Of a DNA stretch of 64,000 nt, positions 48,127-57,944 are shown one piece after another. The notes under the pieces were generated by a model. The model had not been told where the DNA came from and did no database searches. It worked only from the letters and a program-made list of their open reading frames with translations. The DNA is from an uncultured delta proteobacterium. Lineage in GTDB: Bacteria; Myxococcota; Myxococcia; Myxococcales; Myxococcaceae. Where the stretch lies: positions 1,728,001 through 1,792,000 of the forward strand of contig CAWCKH010000004.1 in the NCBI GenBank assembly GCA_963796055.1, given 5' to 3'. Both the position numbers and the translations under genes were made by a program. Positions within the stretch are counted from its first letter, which is position 1. Every line of letters begins with the position of its first letter.

Positions 48127-48855
48127 TCATAACCCGAAGCGACCGGGGTGTGCTTCCCCGACTGCCCTGGCCAGGGTGAGGACGTACACCCCCCCGGCCC
48201 CGGACGCGCGGAGGGCAGCGCTCGCGGCCCGCGCGGTGGCCCCGGTGGTGAGCACGTCGTCCACCAGCACCACGGGTCCCCGGGGAACCAGGCCGCTCAC
48301 GGCGAACGCCCCGTGCACGTTCTCCGTGCGCTCGGCCTCGCTGAGCCCCACCTGCCGCCGGGTGGCGCGGACGCGGCGGAGGAGGGTGGCCCGCAGCGGA
48401 AGGCTGGTCGCGCGCGCCAGCGCCTGGGTGAGGAGGGCCGCCTGGTCGTACCCTCGACGGAGCAGCCGTCCCCGGTGGAGCGGGATGGGGACGAGCGTCG
48501 CGTCCGGGCCGAGCCGTCCGAGCCAGCCGGCGGATGCGTCGGCAAGCGCCCTCCCCAGCGGCAACCCCAGCGCGCTGTGGCCCTCGTACTTGAACCGGTG
48601 AATGGCGCGGGCGAGTGGCCCCGTGTGCACGAACGCCGCATGGGCCGAGGCGAACGCCGGCGGCGCACGTCGGCACCGCGCGCACGAGCCGGGCTGCTCG
48701 ACCGGCTCCCCACACCGACGGCAGCCTGGATGTGGCACGGGCTCCGTCGCCAGGGTGCAGAGCCCGCAGAAGGGGACGTCGGTCTCGAGGAGCGTTCCGC
48801 ACGCTGCGCACGCGGGAGGGAACACCAGCGCCAGCAGCTCGGATGCGAGGGACAT
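48127..48855 (-). CDS. comF: ComF family phosphoribosyltransferase-like protein
   Basis: CAAC/CGLC/CRRC/CARC zinc ribbons, PIPLH..RGYDQA, LVDDVLTTGAT. Confidence 0.9.
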   Translation of the reverse strand: MSLASELLALVFPPACAACGTLLETDVPFCGLCTLATEPVPHPGCRRCGEPVEQPGSCARCRRAPPAFASAHAAFVHTGPLARAIHRFKYEGHSALGLPLGRALADASAGWLGRLGPDATLVPIPLHRGRLLRRGYDQAALLTQALARATSLPLRATLLRRVRATRRQVGLSEAERTENVHGAFAVSGLVPRGPVVLVDDVLTTGATARAASAALRASGAGGVYVLTLARAVGEAHPGRFGL

Positions 48856-48890
48856 CCGGACTCGCCACAGCAAGCCCCAGGCCGCGGGGT

Positions 48891-49024
48891 ACCGACAGAG
48901 GTGTTTGACACTTCCTGCCGGGCCAGCGACATCGGAGTGGCGTCGGCATCGAGGACCGCGAAGACGTCGAGGGCGTTTGACGCCGCGTGCGGTAACGAGG
49001 TGTCTGGCACCTCGAAAAGCACAG
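48891..49024. repeat. Bipartite palindromic REP/REPIN-like element, copy 1
   Basis: ACCGACAGAGGTGTTTGACACTTCC ... CGTGCGGTAACGAGGTGTCTGGCACCTCGAA; ends match 62195-62348. Confidence 0.75.
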
Positions 49025-49311
49025 GAGAACCGGCAGCTTGGAGGAGCGGTGCTCGTTCGCTGCCGCCTGGCTGCTCGGTCTCGGTCAGCCTACTCGGCGG
49101 CACGCCGGAGCCTGTCCTCGCTCTCGCGAAGCCCGCGCGCTCTGCCCGATGCCGAGCAGCGTCACGACGCCCACCAGGCTTCCGGTCCCCGGAAGGCAGG
49201 TCCGGAGGAGCCAGCCGCCGAGACCCACCGGTCCGCCCAGCAGGATGCCCATGAACACCTCGGCGGACGAGATGACCAGCTGGTTGAACTCGCCCGCCGC
49301 CAGCACCGCCT

Positions 49312-50853
49312 TCAGACGAGCAGGTTGTTCCGGTCCATCTCCCTCGGCTGGGGCAGGCCCATGACGTTGAGGAGCGTGGGCGCGACGTCGGCGAGGATGC
49401 CGCCGCTCCGCAGCTTCGCCCCGGCGAAGTCCGGGTGCACGAGGTGAAAGGGTACCGGGTTGGTGGTGTGTGCGGTGTGCGGCTGGCCGGTCACGGGGTC
49501 TCGCATCAGCTCGCAGTTCCCGTGGTCGGCGGTGATGACCAGCACCACGTTCGCCCGGGCGCAGGCCTGCGCCAGCTGGCCGAGGCAGCCGTCGACCACC
49601 TGGACCGCCTTGATCGCCGCCTCGAGGTTCCCGGTGTGGCCCACCATGTCCGGGTTGGCGTAGTTCACCAGCAGGAAGTCGTACTTCCCCGAGTCGATGG
49701 CCTGCACCAGCCGCGCGGTCACCTCGGGCGCGGCCATCTCCGGCTTCTGGTCGTAGGTCTTGACCTCGCGGGGGCTGGGGATGAGCACCCGCTCCTCGCC
49801 CGGGAACACCACCTCGCGGCCCCCGTTGAAGAAGAAGGTGACGTGCGCGTACTTCTCGGTCTCCGCGGTACGGAACTGGGTGAGCCCATGCTCGGCCAGG
49901 ACCTCGGCGAAGATCTCCCGCGGCTGCTCAGGCGGGAACGCCACCGGCAAGTCGAAGGTCTGGTCGTACTGGGTCAGGCAGACGAACATGCCCAGCCGGA
50001 GCCCGCCGCGGTCGAACTCGCGGAATCCAGGGTCGGTGAGGGCGCGGGTGAGCTCGCGGGCGCGGTCCGCGCGGAAGTTGAAGAAGATGGCCGCGTCGCC
50101 GTCGCGCACCGTTCCCACCGGCGTGTCCCCCTCGACGATGACCGTGGGCGGGACGAACTCGTCCCCCACCTTCTCCGCGTACGAGCCGCGCACTGCCTCG
50201 AGCGCACCGGGTGCTCGCCGGCCCACGCCGCGGACCATGGCGTCGTAGGCCTGCTGCACCCGGTCCCAGCGCTTGTCGCGGTCCATGGCGTAGAAGCGCC
50301 CGATGACGGTGGCGATGCGCCCGCTCCTGGTCTCGCGGAGGAAGGCCTCCAGCTCCTCGAGGTAGCCCAGCGCGCTCATCGGCGGAGTGTCGCGGCCGTC
50401 GAGAAAGGCATGCACGAAGACCCGTGGCACGCCGCGGGCCTGGGCGGCCTTCAGCAACCCCAGGAGGTGCTCCTGGGAGGCGTGCACGCGGCCCGGGCCG
50501 ATCAGGCCCATCAGGTGCAGCGCCTTGCCGTTCGCCCGCGCGGTGTCCATCGCCGCCACCAGCACCGGGTTGTGGGCCAGCTCCCCCCGCTCGATCGCGC
50601 GGTTGATGCGCACCAGGTCCTGGTAGACGATCCGTCCGGCGCCGATGTTGGTGTGCCCCACCTCCGAGTTGCCCATCTGGCCCTCGGGAAGCCCCACCGC
50701 GAGCCCGGAGCTCAGCAGCTCGGTGCGCGGCATCTTCCCGGCGAAGCGGTCGAGGTTCGGCGTGCCGGCGAGGAGGATGGCGTTGTCCTCGCGCTCGGAG
50801 CGGACGCCCCAGCCGTCCAGGATGGCGAGGAGGACGCGGTGCTTGGGAGGCAT
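49312..50853 (-). CDS. gpmI: 2,3-bisphosphoglycerate-independent phosphoglycerate mutase
   Basis: ILDGWG, GQMGNSEVGH, AMDRDKRW, NFRADR, AETEKYAHVT, NPDMVGHTG, TADHGN. Confidence 0.97.
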   Translation of the reverse strand: MPPKHRVLLAILDGWGVRSEREDNAILLAGTPNLDRFAGKMPRTELLSSGLAVGLPEGQMGNSEVGHTNIGAGRIVYQDLVRINRAIERGELAHNPVLVAAMDTARANGKALHLMGLIGPGRVHASQEHLLGLLKAAQARGVPRVFVHAFLDGRDTPPMSALGYLEELEAFLRETRSGRIATVIGRFYAMDRDKRWDRVQQAYDAMVRGVGRRAPGALEAVRGSYAEKVGDEFVPPTVIVEGDTPVGTVRDGDAAIFFNFRADRARELTRALTDPGFREFDRGGLRLGMFVCLTQYDQTFDLPVAFPPEQPREIFAEVLAEHGLTQFRTAETEKYAHVTFFFNGGREVVFPGEERVLIPSPREVKTYDQKPEMAAPEVTARLVQAIDSGKYDFLLVNYANPDMVGHTGNLEAAIKAVQVVDGCLGQLAQACARANVVLVITADHGNCELMRDPVTGQPHTAHTTNPVPFHLVHPDFAGAKLRSGGILADVAPTLLNVMGLPQPREMDRNNLLV

Positions 50854-50924
50854 GGGGCGAAGGTAGCCAGGGCGCCGTCGTCCGTCGACGATTCTCGGTG
50901 GGGGCGGGGTGGTACAAGGGGCCT

Positions 50925-52028
50925 GTGCCCAGCCCGTCTCCGGCCTCCGCCCCGGCGCGCGTCCGGGCCTTCGACTGGCTTCGTGGCCTCGCGGTGCTGG
51001 TGATGGTCGAGACGCACGCGATGGTGCTCCTCCGCAAGGAGCTGCTCGCCACCCGCGCCGCCGGCATCCTCGACTACCTGAACGGGCTGGTGGCCCCCTC
51101 GTTCATCTTCGCTGCCGGCTTCTCGCTGGCGCTGGTGCAGGTACGCGCCGCGTCGGCCGGCGGTGCACGCGCTCCGAGAGTCCTGCGGACCTTGCGACGC
51201 ATCGGCGAGGTCCTCGCGGTCGGCACGCTGATCAACTGGGTCTGGTTCCCCGTCTCGGTGGAGCCGGGCTGGCTGCTCCGGATCGACATCCTCCAGTGCA
51301 TCGGGCTCACCCTGCTGGCCGCGCTGCCGCTGAACGTGGCGCTGGCCCCGAGGCCGCGCACGCTGGCGGTGGTCTCGCTGCTGGTGGCGGTCGCACTCTT
51401 CCTCGTCGCCCCGTTCGCCGACGGGGTCACCGGACCGCTTCAGGACCTGTTCAACAAGAGCGGCCCACGGCACTCTGTCTTCCCCCTGCTGCCCTGGGCA
51501 GGCTGGGCGTTCCTCGGCGGCGCTGCGGGCGCCACCGCCGCGCGGGGAACCGCGGTCGACGTCCGTCGTCTGGCTCTGGGCATCGGGCTCGGCTCGGCCG
51601 CGGCCTGGCTGCTGAAGCCGTTCTGGCTGGCCATCTATCCGCCGCACGCGTTCTGGGTGACCGATCCGGCGAACACCGGGGCGCGGGGGATCTCGGTGAT
51701 GGCGCTGCTCCTGCTCCTGCTCGCCATCGAGGCCCGGGTCCCCGCCGGGGCGAGGCGCTCACCGGCGGTGTGGCTGCTGGAGCTGTTCGGCACCTCGTCG
51801 CTCGCCGCGTACTTCTTCCACGAGATGCTCATCTACTACGAGGTGCGCAGCGTCTCGCTGGTCCGCATCGCCGGGGGCCGCTGCGGATGGGCAGGGTTCG
51901 CCGGGCTGGTGGTGGTGCTGGTGGCCGCCACCGCGCTCCTCGCCTGGGTCACCGACCGCATCTACCGACGGCTCGACCGGCGCAGCGCTCCGCGCCCGGT
52001 GCCCGCGGTCGGTCCGGTCAGCGCTTGA
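50925..52028 (+). CDS. Membrane acyltransferase-like protein (HGSNAT/DUF1624-like)
   Basis: FDWLRGLAVLVMVETH, APSFIFAAG, DILQCIG, FPLLPW. Confidence 0.75.
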   Translation: MPSPSPASAPARVRAFDWLRGLAVLVMVETHAMVLLRKELLATRAAGILDYLNGLVAPSFIFAAGFSLALVQVRAASAGGARAPRVLRTLRRIGEVLAVGTLINWVWFPVSVEPGWLLRIDILQCIGLTLLAALPLNVALAPRPRTLAVVSLLVAVALFLVAPFADGVTGPLQDLFNKSGPRHSVFPLLPWAGWAFLGGAAGATAARGTAVDVRRLALGIGLGSAAAWLLKPFWLAIYPPHAFWVTDPANTGARGISVMALLLLLLAIEARVPAGARRSPAVWLLELFGTSSLAAYFFHEMLIYYEVRSVSLVRIAGGRCGWAGFAGLVVVLVAATALLAWVTDRIYRRLDRRSAPRPVPAVGPVSA

Positions 52029-52242
52029 GCGCCGTGCCCACCGCCTTCACCACCTCCTGCTCAGAGGGGAAGCCGGTCAGGCCCTTCTTCGCCACCACCT
52101 TCCCGTCGACGGCGACCTCGAAGATGCCGCCGCTCCCGGCAACCAGCTCCGCCTCGACACCCAGCGCCTTCTTCAGCTCGGCCGCCGCACGGGTGGCCCG
52201 GGGGAGGTACCCTCAGACGTTGCAGTAGGTGATGGTGATCAT
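52018..52242 (-). CDS. Rdx (SelW/SelT/SelH) family selenoprotein, 74 aa, CxxU (UGA 52213-52215)
   Basis: MITITYCNV-U-GYLPRA...GSGGIFEVAVDGKVVAKK...FPSEQEVV; absent from the ORF track. Confidence 0.9.
52180..52198 (-). promoter_or_regulatory. SECIS-like hairpin of the Rdx gene
   Basis: GGCC-A-CC-[CGTGC]-GG-C-GGCC; loop 21 nt after UGA, G at loop position 2. Confidence 0.6.
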
Positions 52243-52284
52243 CCGGCACGGATGGATAATCCCTCCCCCGCCAGAGCGCAGCGG

Positions 52285-52746
52285 CTACTTGTGGTACGGC
52301 TCGCCACGCAGCAGGGAGAAGGCCCGGTAGAGCTGTTCCATGAGCACCAGGCGGGCGAGCCGGTGGGGGAGAGTCATCCGCGACAGCGCGACCACCTTCC
52401 ACGCCCGATCGCGCACGGCGGGGTCCAGTCCCTCGTCCCCGCCGATGCAGAACACCAGCTCGCGGCCGGCGTCGCGTGCGGTGGCAACCACCCGCGAGAG
52501 CTCCACCGAGCCGAGCAGGGTGCCACGCTCGTCGAGCGCCACCAGCCATGCGTCCGGCTTGATCCTGGCGAGCAGCGCCTCACCCTCGCGCCGGCGCGCG
52601 TCCGCCGGTGGGAGCGCGCCCTTCGCCGCGGGTAGCTCCAGAAGCTCGAGCTCGGCGTGGCGCCGGACCCGCTCCGCATACTCCTGGACCCCGGGCTCGA
52701 ACCAACCCGATCGATCGCGCCCCACCGAGAGGACGCGGAGCTTCAG
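52285..52746 (-). CDS. rlmH: 23S rRNA (pseudouridine1915-N3)-methyltransferase
   Basis: [42 protein letters not shown]; start probably CTG overlapping the rsfS stop. Confidence 0.92.
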   Translation of the reverse strand: MKLRVLSVGRDRSGWFEPGVQEYAERVRRHAELELLELPAAKGALPPADARRREGEALLARIKPDAWLVALDERGTLLGSVELSRVVATARDAGRELVFCIGGDEGLDPAVRDRAWKVVALSRMTLPHRLARLVLMEQLYRAFSLLRGEPYHK

Positions 52747-53207
52747 GCCACCTTCTCCTTGGGCGCGTCCGCCCAGAGGCCATCGAGGTCGTAGAACGCG
52801 CGGACCTCGGTGAAGAAGACGTGGACCACCACCTCGCCGAAGTCGAGCAGCACCCAGTGGCCGGTATCGAACCCCTCGGTGCCGATGGTGCGGTGGCCGG
52901 CGGTCTTGAGCGTCTCGCGGACGTGCTCGGCGGTGGCGATGACCCCCCGCTCGGAGTCCCCCGAGGCGATCACGAAGTAGTCCGCATAGCTGCTCATCCC
53001 CCGCACGTCGAGCAGCACCACGTCGGTGGCCTTGCGATCCACCAGGAGAGTGGCCGCGCGTCGGGCCAGGGCGAGCGCCTCGGCATTCTCGGGTCGGGGC
53101 TGGGTGGCCGGTGCGGCCGCGGGGCGGCGCGCAGGCCGTTTCCGCGGGCCGGCGCGGGGGGCGGCCGGGTGGCGGGGGCGCTTGGGCTTGCTCTTGGCGG
53201 GACTCAA
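52743..53207 (-). CDS. rsfS: Ribosome silencing factor with basic N-terminal extension
   Basis: [40 protein letters not shown]; start estimated. Confidence 0.92.
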   Translation of the reverse strand: MSPAKSKPKRPRHPAAPRAGPRKRPARRPAAAPATQPRPENAEALALARRAATLLVDRKATDVVLLDVRGMSSYADYFVIASGDSERGVIATAEHVRETLKTAGHRTIGTEGFDTGHWVLLDFGEVVVHVFFTEVRAFYDLDGLWADAPKEKVA

Positions 53208-53266
53208 CGGCGGCGCACCATAAGACAGAGCGCTTGCGGCCGGCGAGTGGTACGAGGGCGATCTCG

Positions 53267-53578
53267 ATGGGCAGCGAACGCGAGGCGCAGTTCCGGCAGC
53301 TGGCGGCGGACCATCCCAGCTCGCCGATGGTGCACTTCTCGCTCGGCAAGCTCCTGCTCGACGAGCGCCGGTACTCCGAGGCGGTGGAGAGCCTGAGGAG
53401 GGCGGTGTCGCTGCAGCCCGACTACGCCGCGGCCCTGGTCGCGCTGGGGGATGCGCTGGTGGGGGCCGGCCAGCAAGACGAGGCCCGGCGGGTGCTCGAG
53501 GAGGCCCGGGAAACGGCGCTGGGGCAGAACCATCCCTCGCTCGCCGAGGAGATCGACGAGCGCCTCGCCGATCTCTGA
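53267..53578 (+). CDS. Small TPR protein
   Basis: [25 protein letters not shown]. Confidence 0.8.
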   Translation: MGSEREAQFRQLAADHPSSPMVHFSLGKLLLDERRYSEAVESLRRAVSLQPDYAAALVALGDALVGAGQQDEARRVLEEARETALGQNHPSLAEEIDERLADL

Positions 53579-53847
53579 GCCGGACCGACTTCGCCCAGCG
53601 CCGGGCACGGCGGCGGCAGCGTCGCCCCGGAGCGCAGCGGGGCGTCACCAGGTCCCGGGTCGGGTGGCTCGCCCTGCTCCCCTGCGGACCGGTAGATCCG
53701 TTCCAGGAGCGGCTCGGGCGATGCGGGGTAGAGGAAGCCGTGGATCTGCCGCGCTCGGAGGATCTGGACGGGCAGCTCGGCGAGGAGTGGCTCACCGGGG
53801 TCGACGTCGGCACCCGCAGGCAACCAGGAGAACCGCGCAGACCCTGC

Positions 53848-54924
53848 TCATCGGCTGGCGACCGGCACCGCCGTGCGCACCAGCTCCCGGACACGCTGCT
53901 CCACCGGCCACACCTCGGACACCTTCCCGCGGACCACCAGGACGCCCACCAGCCGGCGCTCGGTGTCCACCCACCCGGTGAAGCCGAAGACGCCCTGGGC
54001 CACCACCTCGAGCGGCCGCCCGTCGCTCGCCATCCGGTCCCGGTAGACGCCGAGTCCGGCCCGTAGCGACTCGCGCCCCGGCGCCAGACCGAAGGCTGAC
54101 TGCACCAGGGGCACACCACCGCTCTGGTCGGCGAGCACCGCGGCGCGGAGCTCGGGTCCCACGAGGTCCGGGCTGGGCCCGGGGAGCAGCTGCCGCAGCG
54201 CCCGGGCGTACTCGGCGGCATTCGCCTGCGCACCACCGGCGATGCGCGGGTTGTCGGTGCGGCCGAAGCCGGTGCTCCTGAAGCCGAGCGGGTCCATGAG
54301 CCGGGTCTGGATCAGGAGCGCCCAGGGCTTGCCCGAGGCGAGCTCCGCCATCCGCCCGGCCACCTGGAACCCGGCCCCCCCGTCGACGAAGGCCGCACCC
54401 GGAGCTGCCCGGAGCGGCGTCCGGGCGATCTCCTGCGTGCAGGCGGCGAGCGTCGCGGAGCGCGTCTCGAGGCAGGGAGAACGCGCCGGCAGACCGGAGG
54501 TCTGCGCCAGGAGCATGCGCAGGGTGATCGCCGCCTTGTCCTTCGGCCAGTCCGGCAGGACCGAGCTGGCCGGCGAGTCGAGCCGGAGCGTCCCGTCCTT
54601 CACCAGAGAGAGGATGACCAGGGTGCTCAGCAGCTTGGTCGCCGAGGCGATGGGGACCGCGTCGGCGACGCCGTATCCCCCGTAGGCCTTCTCGAAGATG
54701 ACTGCGTCGTCCTGCTCCACGTGCAGGACCCCACCGCCCCAGGCGGGCAGGGAACGGGCCAGCAGCGCGTCCACCTCGCCGAAGTCGGCGGGAGTCCCAG
54801 GGCCCGACCTCGACGCGGGCTGGCCAGCAGCGGGTCCGGGGTGCGCCTCCGAATCGGGCGCGCGCTCCGGGGCCGTTGCGCACCCGAGCGCCAGGCAGAC
54901 GAGGACTGTGCCGGGTCCCCTCAC
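53848..54924 (-). CDS. Serine hydrolase (beta-lactamase-like) lipoprotein
   Basis: Lipobox ALGC, IASATK (SxxK), ITLRMLLAQTSGL. Confidence 0.82.
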   Translation of the reverse strand: MRGPGTVLVCLALGCATAPERAPDSEAHPGPAAGQPASRSGPGTPADFGEVDALLARSLPAWGGGVLHVEQDDAVIFEKAYGGYGVADAVPIASATKLLSTLVILSLVKDGTLRLDSPASSVLPDWPKDKAAITLRMLLAQTSGLPARSPCLETRSATLAACTQEIARTPLRAAPGAAFVDGGAGFQVAGRMAELASGKPWALLIQTRLMDPLGFRSTGFGRTDNPRIAGGAQANAAEYARALRQLLPGPSPDLVGPELRAAVLADQSGGVPLVQSAFGLAPGRESLRAGLGVYRDRMASDGRPLEVVAQGVFGFTGWVDTERRLVGVLVVRGKVSEVWPVEQRVRELVRTAVPVASR

Positions 54925-54936
54925 CGGCCATGGAGC

Positions 54937-55737
54937 CTAGCGCACCCCGCGATCGGCGAACGTCCGAAGCTGTTCTCGGTCGGTGAATGACAGTCCACGA
55001 GCGAAGCGGGCGGCGAGCGCCCCGGCGACCGCGGCCACCGCCACCAGCTGGTACATGATGACCAGCTGGTAGCGGACCGCCTCGTTGGGCGCGGTCCCGC
55101 TGACGATCTGCCCGGTCATCATCCCCGGGAGGGCCACCAGCCCCACCGTGAGCAGGCCGTTGATGGTGGGCCGGAGGGCCGCGTTCATCGCCGCACGGAC
55201 GTGGCGGTCCACGGCCTGCTTCGGCGAGGCACCGAGCGACAGCAGCTGCTCCACCGCCGGGGCGTCGTCGTGGATGGAGGCGAACACCCGCTCGAAGACC
55301 AGCGCCACGCCGTTCATCGCGTTGCTGAGGATCATCCCGGAGATGGGAATCAGCAGCCGGGCCTCGTACCAGCGCGGAGGACGGATGACGAAGGTGAAGA
55401 CCGGAACCAGCACCACGACTCCGGAGACGAGCACCGCCAAGGTGGCGTAACGGAACAGCACTCCGGGCCCGGGTCCATGGGCGATGCGCCGGGCGGCGGT
55501 CCACCCGGCGACCAGGACCATCACCCCGATGAGGCCGAAGACGCTGGCCGGGCGCTCGTTCTGAAAGACGATGGTCAGGAGCAGCCCGACAGCGAACAGC
55601 TGGACCGCGGACCGGACGGTCCCGACGAGCAGGTCCTTCTCCAGCCCCAGGTGGTTCCGGGACGAGATGGCGATCGCCAGCGCCATCAGGCCCAGCGAGA
55701 GCACCAGCTGCGGGAAGGAGACGCTCACGTAGCTCAT
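54937..55737 (-). CDS. fetB: FetB/UPF0014 ABC permease
   Basis: RSAVQL, IPISGMILSNAM, GLVALPGMMTGQI, AVRYQ. Confidence 0.88.
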   Translation of the reverse strand: MSYVSVSFPQLVLSLGLMALAIAISSRNHLGLEKDLLVGTVRSAVQLFAVGLLLTIVFQNERPASVFGLIGVMVLVAGWTAARRIAHGPGPGVLFRYATLAVLVSGVVVLVPVFTFVIRPPRWYEARLLIPISGMILSNAMNGVALVFERVFASIHDDAPAVEQLLSLGASPKQAVDRHVRAAMNAALRPTINGLLTVGLVALPGMMTGQIVSGTAPNEAVRYQLVIMYQLVAVAAVAGALAARFARGLSFTDREQLRTFADRGVR

Positions 55738-55789
55738 GCCGTCACCACCGCGGAGAGGGGCCGGCGCCGGTGGAGGGCTTGCCAGGACC

Positions 55790-56446
55790 TCATGCCGCGA
55801 CCTCCTCCGTCAGGCGACCGGTGACGAGCTGGAGGTGGCGCCCGCCGAGCCGCTCCAGTGCCCGGGCGTCGTGGGTGACGATGAGCACGGGTGCCCCTGC
55901 CGATGCGAGGTCCCGGAGCAGGGCGACGATCAGATCCACCCGCTCCGTGTCGAGCGCCGCCGTGGGCTCGTCGAGGAGCCACACCTCGGGGCGGAGCGCC
56001 ATCGCCCGGGCGACGGCGACCCGGAGTTTCTCACCACCGGACAGCTCCCGGGCGTTCTGGCCCAGGAATTCTGAGTCGAGACCGGCCCGGACGATGAGCG
56101 CCCGTGCGGCCGCCTCGGGCAGCTCCTGCCCTGCCAGCCGGGGCCCGGTGCGCACGTTGTCCAGCACCGTCCCCTCGAACATGGCGGGGGATTGCGCCAC
56201 CAGCGCCACCCGGCGGCGGACGTCGCGCGGGGAGAGCGTGCGCACGTCCGTGCCGTCGAGCAGCAGCTGTCCCGCGTCCGGGGCGGAGAGGAGCCCGAGG
56301 ATCCGGAGCAGGGTGGTCTTCCCGCCGCCCGAGGGTCCGCTCAGGGTGGTGATGCTGCCGGCCTCGAGGCGGAGTTCGATCCCATCGAGCAGCACCCGCC
56401 CCTCGTAGCTCTTTCGGAGATGGCGGGCTTCCAGGGGGCCGGGCAT
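55790..56446 (-). CDS. FetA-like ABC ATP-binding protein
   Basis: GPSGGGKT, LSGGE, LLDEPTAALD. Confidence 0.88.
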   Translation of the reverse strand: MPGPLEARHLRKSYEGRVLLDGIELRLEAGSITTLSGPSGGGKTTLLRILGLLSAPDAGQLLLDGTDVRTLSPRDVRRRVALVAQSPAMFEGTVLDNVRTGPRLAGQELPEAAARALIVRAGLDSEFLGQNARELSGGEKLRVAVARAMALRPEVWLLDEPTAALDTERVDLIVALLRDLASAGAPVLIVTHDARALERLGGRHLQLVTGRLTEEVAA

Positions 56447-56532
56447 GGGGCGAACCGGGGAGGTAGGACACCCGGTGAGAGAACGCCAGGGCTCGTGGGT
56501 GGGAGGCGAAGCGTGGGAGCATCCCGGGGCCC

Positions 56533-57081
56533 ATGGAACGCCTGGACGCGCTGCTCGCCGCCGTCGTGCCCGCCGACGACAAGGAGCGGGCGGACCTCGC
56601 CCTGATGCGAGCCCAGCGCGCGCTCCTCCCCGAACCGCTCTCGCGCAGCCAGCCGGGCGCGCACTTCACCGGCAGCGCGGTGGTGACCGACGGGACCCGG
56701 GTGGCGCTCGTCCACCACCGCAAGCTCGGGCGATGGCTGCAGCCAGGGGGCCACGTCGAGGCGGCGGACGGAGAGGACCTCCTTGCCACCGCACTGCGAG
56801 AGGCGGAAGAGGAGACCGGGTGTCCGGTGCTTCCGCATCCGATCGCACCACGCCCCCTCGACGTCGACGTTCACCCGATTCCCAGCCGGGGAACGGAGCC
56901 GGCGCACCTGCACCTGGACGTTCGTTTCCTGGTGCTGACCGACCGGCCCGAGGCGCTGCGGGTAGAGACGGAGGAGAGCAGCCGGATCCGCTGGTTCGAG
57001 CTCGACGAGGCGATTCATCGGGCGGCCACGCCGGAGATGAAGCGACTGCTGTCGAAGGCCCGGGTAGTCCTCGGAGTCTGA
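56533..57081 (+). CDS. NUDIX hydrolase
   Basis: HFTGS, WLQPGGHVE...ALREAEEETG, HLDVRF. Confidence 0.9.
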   Translation: MERLDALLAAVVPADDKERADLALMRAQRALLPEPLSRSQPGAHFTGSAVVTDGTRVALVHHRKLGRWLQPGGHVEAADGEDLLATALREAEEETGCPVLPHPIAPRPLDVDVHPIPSRGTEPAHLHLDVRFLVLTDRPEALRVETEESSRIRWFELDEAIHRAATPEMKRLLSKARVVLGV

Positions 57082-57088
57082 CCGGCGC

Positions 57089-57880
57089 TCAGGCGCGGGG
57101 AGTGAACGCGAAGGTGCGCATCGACAGCGTTGCGTGCCGGAATCCGACGTAGACGTCCTGGTACGCGTCCTGGTCCGTCGAGGCCCCGAGAGCCACGAAC
57201 GCCGGCGCCAGGTGCTCTGGGGTGGGGGCGGCCATGCGCATCCCGGGGTCCTCTGTCGCGAGGCGGGCCGCGCCGGCGATGTCCCGCGCGCGTACCCGCT
57301 CCACGAAGCGTGCCTCGGCCTCCGCGGCCCAGGGCGCCACCGGGGCGTACGGGTCGTTCCACGCCAGCTGCCGGAAGTTGTGCACCAGCCCGCCGCTGGC
57401 GATGACCCAGACCCCATCGGAACGGAGGGGGCGAAGATTCGCGCCGAGCTGGGCGAGCCCCTTCCAGCCCTCCTCGGCGGGCAGCGAGAGCTCCACCACC
57501 GGGACGTCCGCCTCGGGAAACAGGAACCGCAGGGGGATCCACACCCCGTGGTCGAGCCCTCGGGTGGGATCGAGGACCGCCTCGCGGCCGCTGTCACGGA
57601 CGACGCGCGCGACCCGCGCAGCGAGCTCGGGGCTGCCGGGAGCGGGGTAGCGGAGCCGGTAGAGCGCCGGGTCGAAGCCGCCGAAGTCGTGCACCGTCTC
57701 GGGGTGCTCGGCGGACGTCACCGCCGCCCGAGCGTCCGTCTGGAAGTGCGCGGAGACCACCAGCACCGCGCGTGGCCTCGGCGCCTGTCCAGCCCAGGCG
57801 TGGAGGGCCGGGCCGAAGTCGCCCGGGTCGAGGGCGATCGCCGGGGAGCCGTGGGAGATGAACAGCGCCGGTGCCTCCAT
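57089..57880 (-). CDS. DODA-type extradiol ring-cleavage dioxygenase (LigB family)
   Basis: FISHGSP, VSAH, HDFGGF, RGLDHG, SGGLVHN, PTPEH. Confidence 0.9.
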   Translation of the reverse strand: MEAPALFISHGSPAIALDPGDFGPALHAWAGQAPRPRAVLVVSAHFQTDARAAVTSAEHPETVHDFGGFDPALYRLRYPAPGSPELAARVARVVRDSGREAVLDPTRGLDHGVWIPLRFLFPEADVPVVELSLPAEEGWKGLAQLGANLRPLRSDGVWVIASGGLVHNFRQLAWNDPYAPVAPWAAEAEARFVERVRARDIAGAARLATEDPGMRMAAPTPEHLAPAFVALGASTDQDAYQDVYVGFRHATLSMRTFAFTPRA

Positions 57881-57944
57881 GACCCGGCACACATAACGCC
57901 GGTTGCCCTTGCGGTGCGTTGCCGGGTGACGAACGCTCTGGTGC

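Noticed and set aside
44634..48179. Very long antisense or alternate-frame ORFs (e.g. 1181 aa here, also 7694-10177 and 16003-17844)
   Set aside because: Shadow ORFs expected in high-GC DNA opposite well-supported genes; no motifs
49085..49306. 73-aa hydrophobic ORF after gpmI
   Set aside because: No recognisable family or clear RBS; may be a remnant but cannot be supported
53575..53851. Possible frameshifted lipoprotein (MSRVCAVLLVACG...) after the serine hydrolase
   Set aside because: Short, frame-broken and no recognisable homology; too weak to call
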